The notes: generated by a model from the letters alone, not told the origin. DNA of 56,404 nt, filler included, from Dugesia japonica (GCA_001938525.1; 3 parts of 3 records of this genome joined end to end with filler, not necessarily neighbours in it), one strand, 5' to 3'; numbered from the whole stretch's first letter, positions 37,737 through 50,742 are shown. Program-made: numbers and translations.

Positions 37737-39500
37737 CAGTAAAATATCGATTAATCTTAATTAGATTAATTAAAAAAAAATTTTTTAAAGTGCATTATAT
37801 GGAATACCACACACAAGCGCATAGTTTTATCTGTAGTGCAAAACCTTGACATTGTTGGTTAGCTTAATAACCAAAAAAACAGCTAAATCTATATCCGAAG
37901 GATATGGGGTTGGATTTTCTACAATTTCTGATATTAATCCATCTCCTGGATCAATTCTTAGTAAAGTGCCAATTTAAATAAATCAAAAAACGCTTATAAA
38001 AGAAAATCATTTAAAGCACCATCAAATGTAGATCTAGAGAATACTGGTTATTATTAGAAAAACGATAATTCAAATGTGGACAGTTTTATTGAAAGTTTTA
38101 AAAACGAAATTAAAGAATTGAAGAGGGAACATGAATTTATTTATAACGGGTTTGAATTGAAGTTCCTTGTTGACACAAACGAGTGAAAATCAAATGTACA
38201 NNNNNNNNNNNNNNNNNNNNNNNNNNNNNNNNNNNNNNNNNNNNNNNNNNGATATGTGCAAAGTAATCATGAAGTCACAAAATACCTCTATTAATAATAT
38301 GAAAATTAAAATCCCCAAGATTAATAAAGACCTTAAAAAAATTTCCTGTATTTTATCAATAGCGAAAAAAACTCTTGGATGAATACAACAATATTTATTG
38401 ATTGGTATGATAATATTGTCATACCAAATGTAAAGGAACACCAGAATAAAATAAAATAATATGGTAAAGTTTTATTACTAATAGATAATGCCTCATCACA
38501 TTCCGAAATCGATATTCTTGAAAGGGAAAACGGCAGGTTTCGAGTACGATTTATACCATCACATGTTACATTCACTTTGAAACCTATGAATCAAGACGTA
38601 ATTGCTGCATTTAAAAGAGGANNNNNNNNNNNNNNNNNNNNNNNNNNNNNNNNNNNNNNNNNNNNNNNNNNNNNNNNNNNNNNNNNNNNNNNNNNNNNNN
38701 NNNNNNNNNNNNNNNNNNTGCATTTTTGCAGCATCTTCTTGGACTTTAATCAAAGAAAATACATTATCAAAATCATGAAATAAAATAATGAATATGAAAG
38801 ATGGCATTAAATGTATCAAAAATATAAATACATTCAACACTGAATCTAAAAGTATTAACAAAAGAATCAAGTAATAAATTGGACAATGATGCTTTAACGA
38901 ATGGTTATGTGAGGATGAAAATTATCAAGGAATTGAAATATTAAATGATGAAGACATAATCGATTTTATCACTTGCATACCATAAATAAATTTGGAATAN
39001 NNNNNNNNNNNNNNNNNNNNNNNNNNNNNNNNNNNNNNNNNNNNNNNNNNNNNNNNNNNNNNNNNNNNNNNNNNNNNNNNNNNNNNNNNNNNNNNNNNNN
39101 NNNNNNNNNNNNNNNNNNNNNNNNNNNNNNNNNNNNNNNNNNNNNNNNNNNNNNNNNNNNNNNNNNNNNNNNNNNNNNNNNNNNNNNNNNNNNNNNNNNC
39201 AGTAACTAACAAAAATAATTCTGATAACGATGATGAACATGTGTATGTTGTTTCGCATTTAGAAGCCTTAACGTCTATTTTAACAGTAATGAACAAGAAA
39301 CGTATGATTTAATTAATATAGCATGCTTGCGAAATTTGAAGAGATTTTGCTGCTAAGGAAAGAAATTGTTCAACGAGACAAATAAAAATAACAAAATTTT
39401 TAAATGAAAAAAAATGTTTTGGATTATCCGCTTTTTCCATTATCCGTGAGATTTCATTCTTTTTTGATTCAAACCTTTGCGGATTATCGAGATTTTACTG
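37737..39500 (+). mobile_element. pogo/Tigger (Jerky-like) transposon, decayed, both ends present
   Basis: TA|CAGTAAAATATCGAT...ATCGAGATTTTACTG|TA TIRs with TA TSD; KVLLLIDNASSH; FIPSHVTFTLKPMNQDVIAAFKR. Confidence 0.9.
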
Positions 39501-39533
39501 TATTAATAATTTTTATTTATATTGTATTGTGTT

Positions 39534-39640
39534 ACAATTAAAATTATTGCGAGAATAATTGTTGGACTTAAACCATTGTTCGCATTTAAGATTTCATTAA
39601 ATTAAAAGTTTCGATCAAAATATTGTTTTTCATTTTTTAA
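39534..39640 (+). repeat. Short interspersed repeat family (ACAATTGCAATTATTGCGAGAATAATTGTTGGACTTAA...)
   Basis: Other copies at ~4550-4625 (-), ~5330-5400 (-, partial), 14805-14870 (+), 41640-41965 (+, split), 47680-47790 (+). Confidence 0.8.
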
Positions 39641-40582
39641 TATTTTTTTATTTGAGTTCTAAATAGTATTTCAAGAAATGAATATCTAAAAAATAAATAT
39701 AAAAGCAAAACAATATTTTGATCGAAACTATTTATTTACTGAAATTGTATTGTGGGTTGAATTTAAACATTTTGAAAAACCTTTATTAATAATCTTGCAT
39801 TATTTTATTTAATATATATATATATATATATATATAATAGTGGATGATAATTATTTACTCGTTAAATCTTAAGATTAATTGTTCTAATTGCCGTATTATT
39901 TTTTCAGAAAAGTCAATTGAAATTTTATTTTAATAAATAAGTATATGGGAAAAGAACATTCGTCCGTTGTCGATGTTGCACCTGTCTCTAATCATAATAA
40001 TGATAATAATAATATTAATAATATTAATAATAATACAAAATAAATAATAAAAAAAACAATAATAGCCACAATAATTTCATTAATAAAATACCTTTGATAA
40101 AATTATTTTGTCTTTGATAATATGTTGAAAATTCGAAATATTATCAAAAACAAAAAAATAATAATAATAATATGACAATAATAGTTAAAAATTTTAGTGA
40201 AAAAATTAAACAATGTCTGTGGGTTAAATACATTTCAATAATGAATCATATGATAGCATTATTTATTATTACCTTTATCATTACTATTATTAAACATTAA
40301 TGTATACAATAAGCATTCAAACATTTGCCGAGATAAAATGTATGATACATAAATACTCTGAGGGCACACCAAACTTTCAAATAGATATTAAATAATAACC
40401 ATTGGTGTGTGTGCTATCATGTAATTATCAATTATTTTAGTGTGAAACCATAAATTGACTGAGTGTAGTAAAATATTTAGTGCCAATGTTAAAACATCAA
40501 ATATACAAATAAGACTAATATTTACGTTGTAACAATAGTAAACAAATTTCATATTTAATAAACATAAAAAAACTTGATTTAC

Positions 40583-40877
40583 CTCCCAATCTGAAACGAT
40601 TTTCTTCGTCATATTCTACTACTTTCGTATCATTCGATGATCGTCTGGGAAACTCAAACATTGCTAAAATGTCATTATCTCCAGATAGGCCCCAATTTCT
40701 AGGTATTGGTCTCAGATCTGCAAAACTTAAACTTTTATTTTCTTCAATAATAAACAAATGTTTATTATTTGTAGGGTTGTTAGTTTTAAACGGGAAAGGA
40801 AGCTTTTCTTTAATACTTGAATTTTGATGTAACTTATTGCGAGATTCTGATGAACATCTTGCAACAAAATAAGGATT
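40583..40877 (-). CDS. Internal exon of an unidentified host gene (98 aa)
   Basis: tttAG|NPYFVARCSSESRNKLHQNSSIKEKLPFPFKTNNPTNNKHLFIIEENKSLSFADLRPIPRNWGLSGDNDILAMFEFPRRSSNDTKVVEYDEENRFRLG|GTaaat; 295 nt open. Confidence 0.7.
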
Positions 40878-41675
40878 CTAAATTTTAAAAAAAACTTCAA
40901 TCTTTTTAAAACTTTTAACGTTAGTTTAAATAAATAGAAAATAATAAATTTTTCTATTAATTATCGATTTAATTTTGACTTTTTAAATTGACATTATCAC
41001 ATTATAAAGACACTTTAATTAAAGCAGTAAAATAAAATCACAAAAAAATTATTAATTTCAAATAAATTTGATAAATAGAAAAATTTCAATAATAAATTTT
41101 GTTGACACATTTGCAAACGCAAATTAAAATTTAATTTTTACCAATCTTAGTTTTTCTATGTAACTGTGTTTGCTTGTTAGTGTGGGTCAGTTAAAATTGT
41201 GTGTAAATGTCAACTTTTTCAGTTATTACTAAACCTGTAATATTCACATTAATTTTTCAGAATTCAAAGGTCGAAAATTTAATAATTTACTTTTCAAAAG
41301 CTTTNNNNNNNNNNNNNNNNNNNNNAAATAAAAAATAAAATTTTTCAATTTTTTTTAATATTTATTGAAAGTGCCTTAATAAGAAATTGGAATTATTAAT
41401 TGTTAGTAAAAAGTACAAATCAGATTTCTAAAGTTTATTTTCCAAAAATATGAAATAAACAGTTTTTATACACCTAATTTTGTTTTTAGGCGATTCCAAA
41501 AAAATATTGCACTTAATTTTTACGTGGTTTAAATTTTATTTAAAATTTTAGAGAAAAAATATGATTTTTTAATTGATTTTTCTGGTAATTTTTGTGAAAT
41601 TATAAATGTTTTTGTTTTTAATCTAAAATTATGCATTATAATTACAATTATTGCGAGAATAATTGTTGGACTTAA

Positions 41676-41907
41676 CCCTTAGAAGCCTGATTTTCCAAAT
41701 TAAATTNNNNNNNNNNNNNNNNNNNNNNNNNNNNNNNNNNNNNNNNNNNNNNNNNNNNNNNNNNNNNNNNNNNNNNNNNNNNNNNNNNNNNNNNNNNNNN
41801 NNNNNNNNNNNNNNNNNNNNNNNNNNNNNNNNNNNNNAATCCCATTGCAAGTGGACAATTCGATTTTAAAGTCCGGTATCAAATTTGTAACTTGGGGCAT
41901 TTAAGGG
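41676..41907. mobile_element. Non-autonomous piggyBac-type element in a TTAA site
   Basis: TTAA|CCCTTAGAAGCC...GGCATTTAAGGG|TTAA; removing it restores the host repeat (ggacttaaccattg...). Confidence 0.85.
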
Positions 41908-44020
41908 TTAACCATTGATTGCATTTGAGATTTCATTAAAATAAAGTAATAGCTTCGATCAAATTAATCATTTGATCTTATTGTAGTATTATTGTAAAAT
42001 TATGCTTCTTTATAAAATAATTATTAAATGAATTGTTTCTTAGATTTTTGTTTAAATAAAATTTGTGTATAAAGCACATAAGAACCATGAATTTAAATTA
42101 TACTTTATTCATTTTATTTTAGATTATATTTAACATGTAGAACCAATTCTCTTTTTATATGGATACGCTATCTTCTTTTACGCAAGTTGCCGCAAACGTA
42201 TCCATCGCTTAAAAACAGAATTAGGTGTATTGTCTTAGAATACAGTAGTCTAGGAAAAATCAATGAAATAATAATATGGGACTCAACATAAATCAACATA
42301 CTTTGTCATATACGCATACAATCAGATAATTTATTTACTTTGGCAATGAGAGATAATTATGTAATCATCTCAAAATGATTAATTTTTTTATATAATTTAT
42401 TATAACCATTGTTATTATTATTACTTTCAATTATTATTTAATTTAAAACCTCATTACAAACATCATTGGATTTCATTTTATAATCTACTTAATTAGTTTG
42501 TTTAAAAATGAGAAATGTCAGTTAATAATCTATTTTAAATAAATCATCGTTACTATATCTCATTTAAAATGAGTATAAGTCATGAATATATTCAAAAAAT
42601 TATTCAATGCTCATTTATGTAAAATAAAATACTGATTAGAAAGAGCAAGAAAATTATGAATTATCCATTATTGTTTTTTTTAAAGAACAAAATTTGGAGT
42701 TAATAATAACATATTAATTTTAAACAAATTCCATTTATAAAAAAACTGTCATTGTTTTGATAGTCGTTTATTTATGAATAAATTAAATAAAATAATAAGC
42801 AATGTTGAATAAGTAAATGAGAAAAAGAAACTTTAATGTTTTCTTTAATTAAAAAAAGTACAACTTAACCGTCAACCGATCTGTGAGATACACTATCTCT
42901 TCACTACTGTATTACTTTGTAATCTTTTGACAAAGGAAATACAAGTTAACCTTACCTTCCCCTATCCAAAAAATAGTAAATACAAAAATGATTTTTATTT
43001 CATTGTATATCATACAATTTTACCTCATGAAAGTTTGTTTATTGAATTTTGTGATGGTTATTGAGAACAGGTGATATTGAATTCATTGTTTATTATGTAT
43101 GTAATGTAGGATTTATAGTAATTTGTAATTATTATTTGTTTATAAATCTTTTATCTAACGTGACCTTAAATCTAGCTTTGATCTTGGTTTTAATAATAGT
43201 TTTATCGCATTCCACATGAAATATACAGATCATAATCAATATTATTTAAAAAATAAATTCCTTAATTTTTCAATTATCAAAGCAATGTTAACTTCATTTA
43301 CGTATTTTTTTATTACAACACAAAACATTGGTGTACTCTTAAATATAGAATAAATGACTTTATGAAATAGCCGGAAACAAATGACCTGTAATAACTAAAA
43401 TTTGATATGCAATACAATTTCACAATTCAACTTTCTAATGGATTATCTTCTTTGAAAGTTTATTACAAAAATAACTCACACTAGGTGTTGGTATTATTGC
43501 CAAAGTTGCTATAAAATTACACAATTATTATTTATATCTAGAACCAATAAAATGATATTATCGTTAGTTATCAGTTTAATAATAACTTATATCTGTGTCG
43601 ATATCGATTTATAAAATCGTATTATTTAACTGCTACATTAATTGATTGCGTTATTAATTCAACAAATTATTTTCTTCCATAATAATATTAATATTACAAC
43701 ATACATTATGTAACTTAATGATAACAACTATTGAATATAGAAAAAATTAATAAATATAAACACGGTACTAACTGGATTACACAAAATGAAGTATTAAAAG
43801 AAAAGTATCTGCATTAATTTATCATGAAAATTCAGTTTATTTTTGTTTAAATATATTTTTAATTTAAAGTTTTGACTGAACAAAAATTAATGAAACAAGA
43901 ACTATAGAAAGAAATAATGCCAACCAAAACCTAGAAGATATACATATCCGGTATTGTATGCTTTACGAGTTTCACCACAGTTGCCACCAAAAACATTTAC
44001 AATACATTAAGTGCATTAAA

Positions 44021-44120
44021 NNNNNNNNNNNNNNNNNNNNNNNNNNNNNNNNNNNNNNNNNNNNTTAATTAATTAANNNNNNNNNNNNNNNNNNNNNNNN
44101 NNNNNNNNNNNNNNNNNNNN
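44021..44120. other. Artificial scaffold-joining spacer (N44-TTAATTAATTAA-N44)
   Basis: Same as 30318-30417. Confidence 0.95.
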
Positions 44121-44492
44121 TATCTTAATCTGAACAAGAGCACTATTCTCCGGACAGGGGAGGTAAGCACACTTATCGGAACGGAACTCAAGAGAAGACC
44201 AATCAGCCCAACGAACAGCAACATCGATCATGTCCTGAATGGAGGCTTTTGAAGATGCTATCAACGCAAGATCATCCGCATAAGCTAAAACGGAGATGTG
44301 ATAACCAGCACAACTAACTCCACCTCCGGGAGTCTTTCCTATTTCCTTGATAACTGGGTCAATACCAATGTTGAAAAGTAACATCGACAAAGGACAGCCT
44401 TGTCGGGCTCCTCTTTTATTTGCAATAGGATTGGTAGAAGTCCCATTACAAATATAATAGCTTGAGCAATCCGTATACAAGCTCCTAATCAA
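44121..44492 (-). mobile_element. Non-LTR retrotransposon RT fragment (R2/NeSL/Utopia-like)
   Basis: KRGARQGCPLSMLLFNIGIDP; ISVLAYADDLALIA; LEFRSDKCAYL; open up to the scaffold edge. Confidence 0.9.
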
Positions 44493-45339
44493 ACAAATAT
44501 TTATTTTAACACTCTGAACTAAATAAATTTAAAAATTATTTTATTGAAAAATCACTGAAACTTAATTTATTTAAAATTTATTTTTAAATTTTATTAATAA
44601 TCAATTTCTTAAATATAAATTAATTATTAATTCATTAATTATAATTTTGTGAAATGAAAATGAATTTTTAATACTTAATAAAATTTAAAACCCAAATTTC
44701 ATAATAATCTTTAACCTTAACCTTGAACATTTAAAAATAGTATTTACACTTAAAAGAATCAGACTAACAACTTGCAACATGCTAACGTATCTTACAGTTG
44801 CAGTTGATATATTTTTAATAAATATCTTAGAAAATTCAATTAATATCTTTTATGTAAAAAATTTCAATTGAAAGTAGACTTTGATGATTCAATTTTTAAT
44901 TTTTTTTACTAAACTACTATTTATTACTGTTTTTTTTCCAAAAAAACCGTTTCAACTCAATTAATTACGAAGGGGTAAAATGAAAATATCGACTAAATAT
45001 TTTAATAAATAATAGTTAAAATTAATTTAATAAACGACAAAAATTTAAAGTGAATTATAAGACATTAAATTTTATTTTTAAAAATGTAATTAAATGTAAA
45101 AAAATGTAATTTTGATAATGCCTTAGAAATAAATATCTTGTAAATAAAAAAATAAAAATTTTAATTAAGTAAATTGAAGGTAGATTTATTTGAATAATTG
45201 TTGTTTGTAAATATATTTTGTGTTTAATTATTTATTTGTAATGAATACCAGTAATTTACGAATCAATAATTCCAACACAGCTGATTTATATTAACTTTTA
45301 TTTCATCAATAAATCAATATAATTTTGAAATTTGAAATT

Positions 45340-45865
45340 GGAAAATTTGTTACTTGTAATTTCACACGAATTTTTTGTAATTATTTTTTCTGAATTATTT
45401 TGTGTTCTTACTGTTAATTGATAAATAGATTAATTATTTCTAATAGATTGATTATTTTAATAATAATAACAATTATTTCTAATAGATTATTTTTAATAGT
45501 AATAACAAAAACATGAAGTTTTAAATTTAACTGTTTCGACACTAATTATCATCGGTTAGACTGGTGGCCAAAAAATCACAATATCAGCGAGTATCGCATA
45601 AAACACATCCAATTGTCTATCTTTTGTACGTGCACGCCACATGTATCTGTTAGCGATAAAGTCATTATATTGATTTTTGAACGATGCATTCATGCACAAT
45701 TCCATGTTGTTGAAGGAACTGTAGACTACTTCTTTTATCACGACATACAACGGATAATTGCAACAAATTCATTTTATTAATTAATATATTTATCAATTTA
45801 TTAATAGTAAGAACAAAAAGTAATTCAGAAAAAATAATTAACAGATAAGTTACGAATATTTTTCC
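45340..45865 (-). mobile_element. Internally deleted Merlin (IS1595/ISXO2-like) transposon with long TIRs
   Basis: ATG at 45772: MNLLQLSVVCRDKRSSLQFLQQHGIVH..C joined to the C-terminus MWRAR...DVFYAILADIVIFWPPV*; inverted repeats ~45340-45435 / 45776-45865 (taattattttttctgaattatt..gttcttact). Confidence 0.75.
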
Positions 45866-46339
45866 ATCAATTGTTCTAAAGAATTACAATTTTACATTGA
45901 GGAAATTTTCAGTTTTATTTTAAATTTTTATATTAAAAATAAAATAAATTCAATGAAAATTTTGAGAAAAATATTCGTCAATGTGAACATTAAGCATCTT
46001 TAATTATTTATAAATTCGATGTTTTAAATCCTATTAATGAGAAATTTATTGTTGTTCTGTCTGTTGCTAATTAGAGATAAAGATCTTTAATTAAATCTAT
46101 TAATTTAATCCCGACTTAGTCTTATTTTACATTTTGATCCTTAAAATCTTTTCAATAATTTTAATAATCTACCATATGTAAAGGAAAATTATAAATCACG
46201 GATGACTTCAGACTCTGCTTCTCTAATATTAGAAAAGTAATTAAATAATATAACACTAGCATTTTTAAAATTATTTTTTTCAAAGATTATTATAGATTAT
46301 ATTTTCAATTTATTTAATGTTTTTTTTTTAATATTTTAG

Positions 46340-46511
46340 AAACTTAAATTATTTTTCTGAAAAAATGAGTCCGAGTGATGCCTTGTTGGATCTATGGGAA
46401 GCTAGATGTCGAGATGAGGGTGCAATTGCAGATTTAATCAATATTCTCAGAGTAATTGGAAGAAATGATTGTGCAATGATTGTTGAACAAGACATTTTAA
46501 AGCAGTGCTGA
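46340..46511 (+). CDS. unc-5: Terminal exon of an UNC5-type netrin receptor (C-terminal half of the death domain)
   Basis: ttttAG|a NLNYFSEKMSPSDALLDLWEARCRDEGAIADLINILRVIGRNDCAMIVEQDILKQC*; matches the UNC5 motif LNYF..K.SP...LLDLWEAR. Confidence 0.85.
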
Positions 46512-47319
46512 AATCTGTGATATTGATTTTGTTAAATGCTTTGTTTTTTTTAAAAGGAAATATCGATAATGAGCTTACCAAAGTTTTGAGATGAGAAATC
46601 CTTATCCAGTGATTATTCATACCAAACGAGAAATCATTTTTTTCTAATTTAAAAAAGTATTAACAATTTTAAAAGTTTATGTGCTTTTTGTAAATTATTT
46701 AATTAAAATCGTTTTCTGGGATTGATGTAGATTTGCACAAATGGCAATAGTTTGCCTCTGATTGAAAATCTTCGCTCATCAAATAATAAATAAAATGTGT
46801 CCCATTTTGTGTTTTAATTTTTTTTTTGGAAAAAGATTTAATAGATATATGAATATTTTGCACTTGTTTGATGTCATAAAATATAAAATTATTCTCATAG
46901 TGATCGTTTTTTTTTNNNNNNNNNNACATTTCAAAAAATATAAGAAATATCAAATATTTGTTAAATTAAACAGAAAAAAAATGAATTTATTTTATTATTA
47001 TTTATTATTAAATCTAATCATTAAATAATAAATCAATAAATTATTTATCAATTATTACTGTAGATATTGGAGTGCTTTTGAATGTATCTTAAAAAACATT
47101 TCAAAAGCTTAAACAAATGTTTTACTTTGTAAATTGGTAACCTTTGTTTACTGACGAATCACATTACTTTAATTTTATCGAGTAATGGAATCTCTGATTT
47201 TATCAGTTTTGAATTTTTTTAAACGTAGATTTCAAATTATTCTATATATCATATTTTGCTTCTATTTTTAGTTATGCTTTTTTTTATCGAATTATTTCTT
47301 ACCAAATAGTTTTTCTTTT

Positions 47320-47520
47320 TTGACTTCTAGCTGTTCGTTAATTCTGTTTAGGTCGTCTGCGTAGTTGACTAAGAAGTTTCATATTCCTGTTGCAACGACT
47401 TTCCATAGTGTCTTTATAATTGATTGTGAATCGCTATGAACTTATAATGATATTGCTATCGTTTTTTTTTCTTTGAAGAGTCGCAACCATTTTTATCTCA
47501 ATAGTGTGGCATACAAAATA
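47320..47520 (-). pseudogene. Possible decayed non-LTR RT fragment
   Basis: Only FLVNYADDLNRI is recognisable. Confidence 0.3.
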
Positions 47521-48580
47521 CTACCAATCCAAACTTTGCATTTCATTAAAAGAAACATTTTTATCAAAGAATTCAATTTGTGATTCTGTTTTACAGATAT
47601 TTTCTAAGCTTCAATATAAATAATTAGCTTAACTTGTGTTAAAAGTTGTTCTATTTACGTGATAACTTTACTTACTCTTACAATTGCAATTATTGCGTGA
47701 ATAATTGCTGGACTTAACAATTGATCGTGTTTGAGATTTCATCAAATTACTAACTTCGATCAAAATGTTGTTTATTTTAATATTTTCTCAGTAGTTGTTA
47801 GTATTTCGAAGACAAAAGTCGAAAAGCTTTTAATTTATTAAAACTTTACTTAGCTCTGTAACTCAATATGTGTATCATACAATCGATAATTTACGGATAT
47901 CAAAATAGAATTTCAGAAGATTACGTAACATTAATAACTATGTTTGTAATTATAAATTAATATATAAATATCGATAAAATTTGGAAATTCCACAGCTCTA
48001 TACTTCATTAAAACAAATTTTTCTTTTCTCATGTTTAGATATAAAAGAAACTTACCATTTGACTTTGTCTATGAAAGTCTTTTGTACATTTAGCCAAAAT
48101 TCTTTCTTGGTGATGACCTGATATTCAACCGATTGGTCTCGAAGATAATTTGTCAACTGTTTTAATCAAGCAAGCTTATTTTCCAAGTTTAATATTATTT
48201 GTTTTAGTCATTTCTTTTGCTTTCTAAAATTTTACTTCTATGGTTGGAACAATTCGACACAATTTTCAATGAGATAAAATTGTTAAAATATTTGAAATTA
48301 TATTAATCATTCTCGATATTTAAATTTACTAACAAAATAGTTATTAATGTTTTATTTACAAATTATTTTATTCAAATTATTTGTTTAAATTATGATATTT
48401 GACAAAAGTACCAAAGCAACCATTTCTTTTGACTTTGGAATTCCTTACTTTTTTTTAATTGAATGATTATAATTCAAACACAGTATCAAACACAGCATCA
48501 AAAAAGTATTAATGAATTTAACCTCACGATATTTGATCATTCTCAAAACGAATCATATGACATATTGAATTTAGCATTAA

Positions 48581-48871
48581 GGGATCGTCCATTAATTATG
48601 TCAACAACATCGTGGAGAGAGAGTCTGAAAAAGTTTGACAATTGTTAACAAGGTGTGGGGGAAGATGTCCAAGATAAATTAATGTCATCAATTTTTTTAA
48701 CGACAACTTTATTAAATCAAAAAAAAATTAGTTAAAATATTGTTAATTTGTGTGGGATGGGATAAAAATTTGGAGACAATTTTATTAGGGGATCACTGAA
48801 AGTTTGACAGTTGTTGTCAAGGGGGATTAAAAACTGTCTGAAAACTGTTAACATAATTAACGGACAGCCCC
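48581..48871. mobile_element. PIF/Harbinger-type MITE
   Basis: TAA|GGGATCGTCCATTAATTATGT...ACATAATTAACGGACAGCCCC|TAA; partial copy at ~22625-22700 (-). Confidence 0.85.
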
Positions 48872-50173
48872 TAAACATTTTGTATGATCATAATCAACTT
48901 AACAAGTGTCATTAATTGTTCACATGTGAATATGGATTGATAAAATGTCAAACAATAACTGCAATAATTTTGTTTGAGAAAAGTTGTTGTGAATCGAAAA
49001 AAATGCTCATGAATTTTATTAAAACCAAATTAAATTTTACATGAAATTTTAATAGGGAGATAAAATGGAAATCAATTGAAATTTCTCATCGATTAACATA
49101 CATAACAGCTAAATTATCTGACGAATGATCTTTGTTTACGTTGTAGTTTCAATTATAGATTGCCAGGTAGTTTATTGATTTTGTCTCTTGTTTGATTTTA
49201 GTGTTTAACCCTTTTACTGGGTAAAATTACTGATGAATTATTTTTTTGACTGATTTAATTCGCGAAAATTAATTAATCCAATTTAAATATATTTATGTTT
49301 CAATATTGACTTATCTATCTCAAATCAATTTATTTATAAAGTAATTTGTTTTTTTCTGTCTATTAAGACTTTCTGAATTTATTTTAGATTATAATTATTT
49401 GATAGGATAATTTTCTCAGTTTAATTTGAGTTTAAGAAATAAATTATTTGATTGCTCGTTGATTTAAACTTTCTGAGTTTGTCGTGTAATTGGTTCATAT
49501 GTTTGTGAATTATTTTGTAAACGATTAGTTTTCACTTCGGCTAGAGCACAAATTTTAGAGTTTTTCACTACATGCTTTTTTCCAAAAATATTCTTAATTT
49601 AACATTTTTTTTATTCCTATTATGGGCTATCCATAAAATTATATACGCACTGAGAGGAGGAAATTTTGCACACATAGAAGGAAAGGTGTAACAAAAAGAT
49701 ACATGGTAATAGTAATTAAAAAAGGGACATGATAAAAGTTATCACATTAAATTTGAAAATGGTAAAATAGTTATCAGAAATGTAGAGTATGAGATGTGAG
49801 GATATTCTGTACATATTGTAAACATTTATTCCAATTGTATGTTGCATACTTAATAATTTACCGTCAGTTCAAATGTATAGCATCTTGCATAATAGATCGG
49901 CATTTGTATGTTGATTGGCGAAGGTTGATTGCTCAAATCGTAATCGTATATATATTTATTCTAGGTTTTCTAAATTATCATTGTGAGTATCCATTCATGA
50001 ATTTCGGATGTCTGAGATTTTTTAATTTTTATATTTAATATTAAGATTGGTTTNNNNNNNNNNNNNNNNNNNNNNNNNNNNNNNNNNNNNNNNNNNNNNN
50101 NNNATAAATATATATGTAAAACAAAGATATTTTAAATTAAAGTTAAAATTTTACATGGTGTTAAATTATGTTG

Positions 50174-50324
50174 GGGTCCCACCTGAGTTGAGTGAAAAAG
50201 ATGGAGGCTGGGGAAAAACAGCCCTCAGGGGACCCGTCCAAGAATTTACCCTGACGCCCNNAGGTCAGGTCTTCAGCATATGGTGGTTGACCTCTCTCTT
50301 AATGGGAGGTGCACGCCCATAAGC
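50174..50324. other. Three consecutive GC-rich hairpins at the element end (R/U5-like)
   Basis: GGGTCCC..CTGAG / CTCAG-GGGACCC enclosing GGCTG/CAGCC; CCTGAC/GTCAGG; TATGG..ACCTCTC / GGGAGGT..CCATA. Confidence 0.7.
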
Positions 50325-50436
50325 CTTTTATTCGGGTTCACTGTTTTCCCTCAATATATTCAAAAATTTAAGCCCGTGATAATTGAAGCATTTATTACTA
50401 TAACATTTACAATCCGTCCAATACCCCAGGATCTAA

Positions 50437-50742
50437 TCACTGATATGGGTTGGTAGTTAAAAAATTGAACGCCGCGACGTCATCGTCGTCGTTCCACTGC
50501 ACCCAAGCTGGATTACCAATCTGGCGAGAAAGGTCGGCGATATATAATTTTAAAAAGTCTATCTTTCTTAACAGAAGTTGCTTATTTTCTGTTTCCAGGG
50601 CCTTGGTTTGGGCCGCCAAATCGTTTTGTTTTCGAAATATCAAATCCAATTTTTTTATGAGCTTGTCACGCTGAGCAAGATGTCTGAGAAGGGCTCGATC
50701 TGCTTTAAGTTTTAAGTGGCGTTCCAACAATAGACGGCGCAT
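50437..50742 (-). CDS. Orphan 101-aa basic/coiled-coil protein with acidic tail (MRRLLLERHLKLK...WNDDDDVAAFNFLTTNPYQ*)
   Basis: Intact ORF inside the putative LTR; splice acceptor tttttctttAG at 50791-50790 just upstream. Confidence 0.65.
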   Translation of the reverse strand: MRRLLLERHLKLKADRALLRHLAQRDKLIKKLDLIFRKQNDLAAQTKALETENKQLLLRKIDFLKLYIADLSRQIGNPAWVQWNDDDDVAAFNFLTTNPYQ

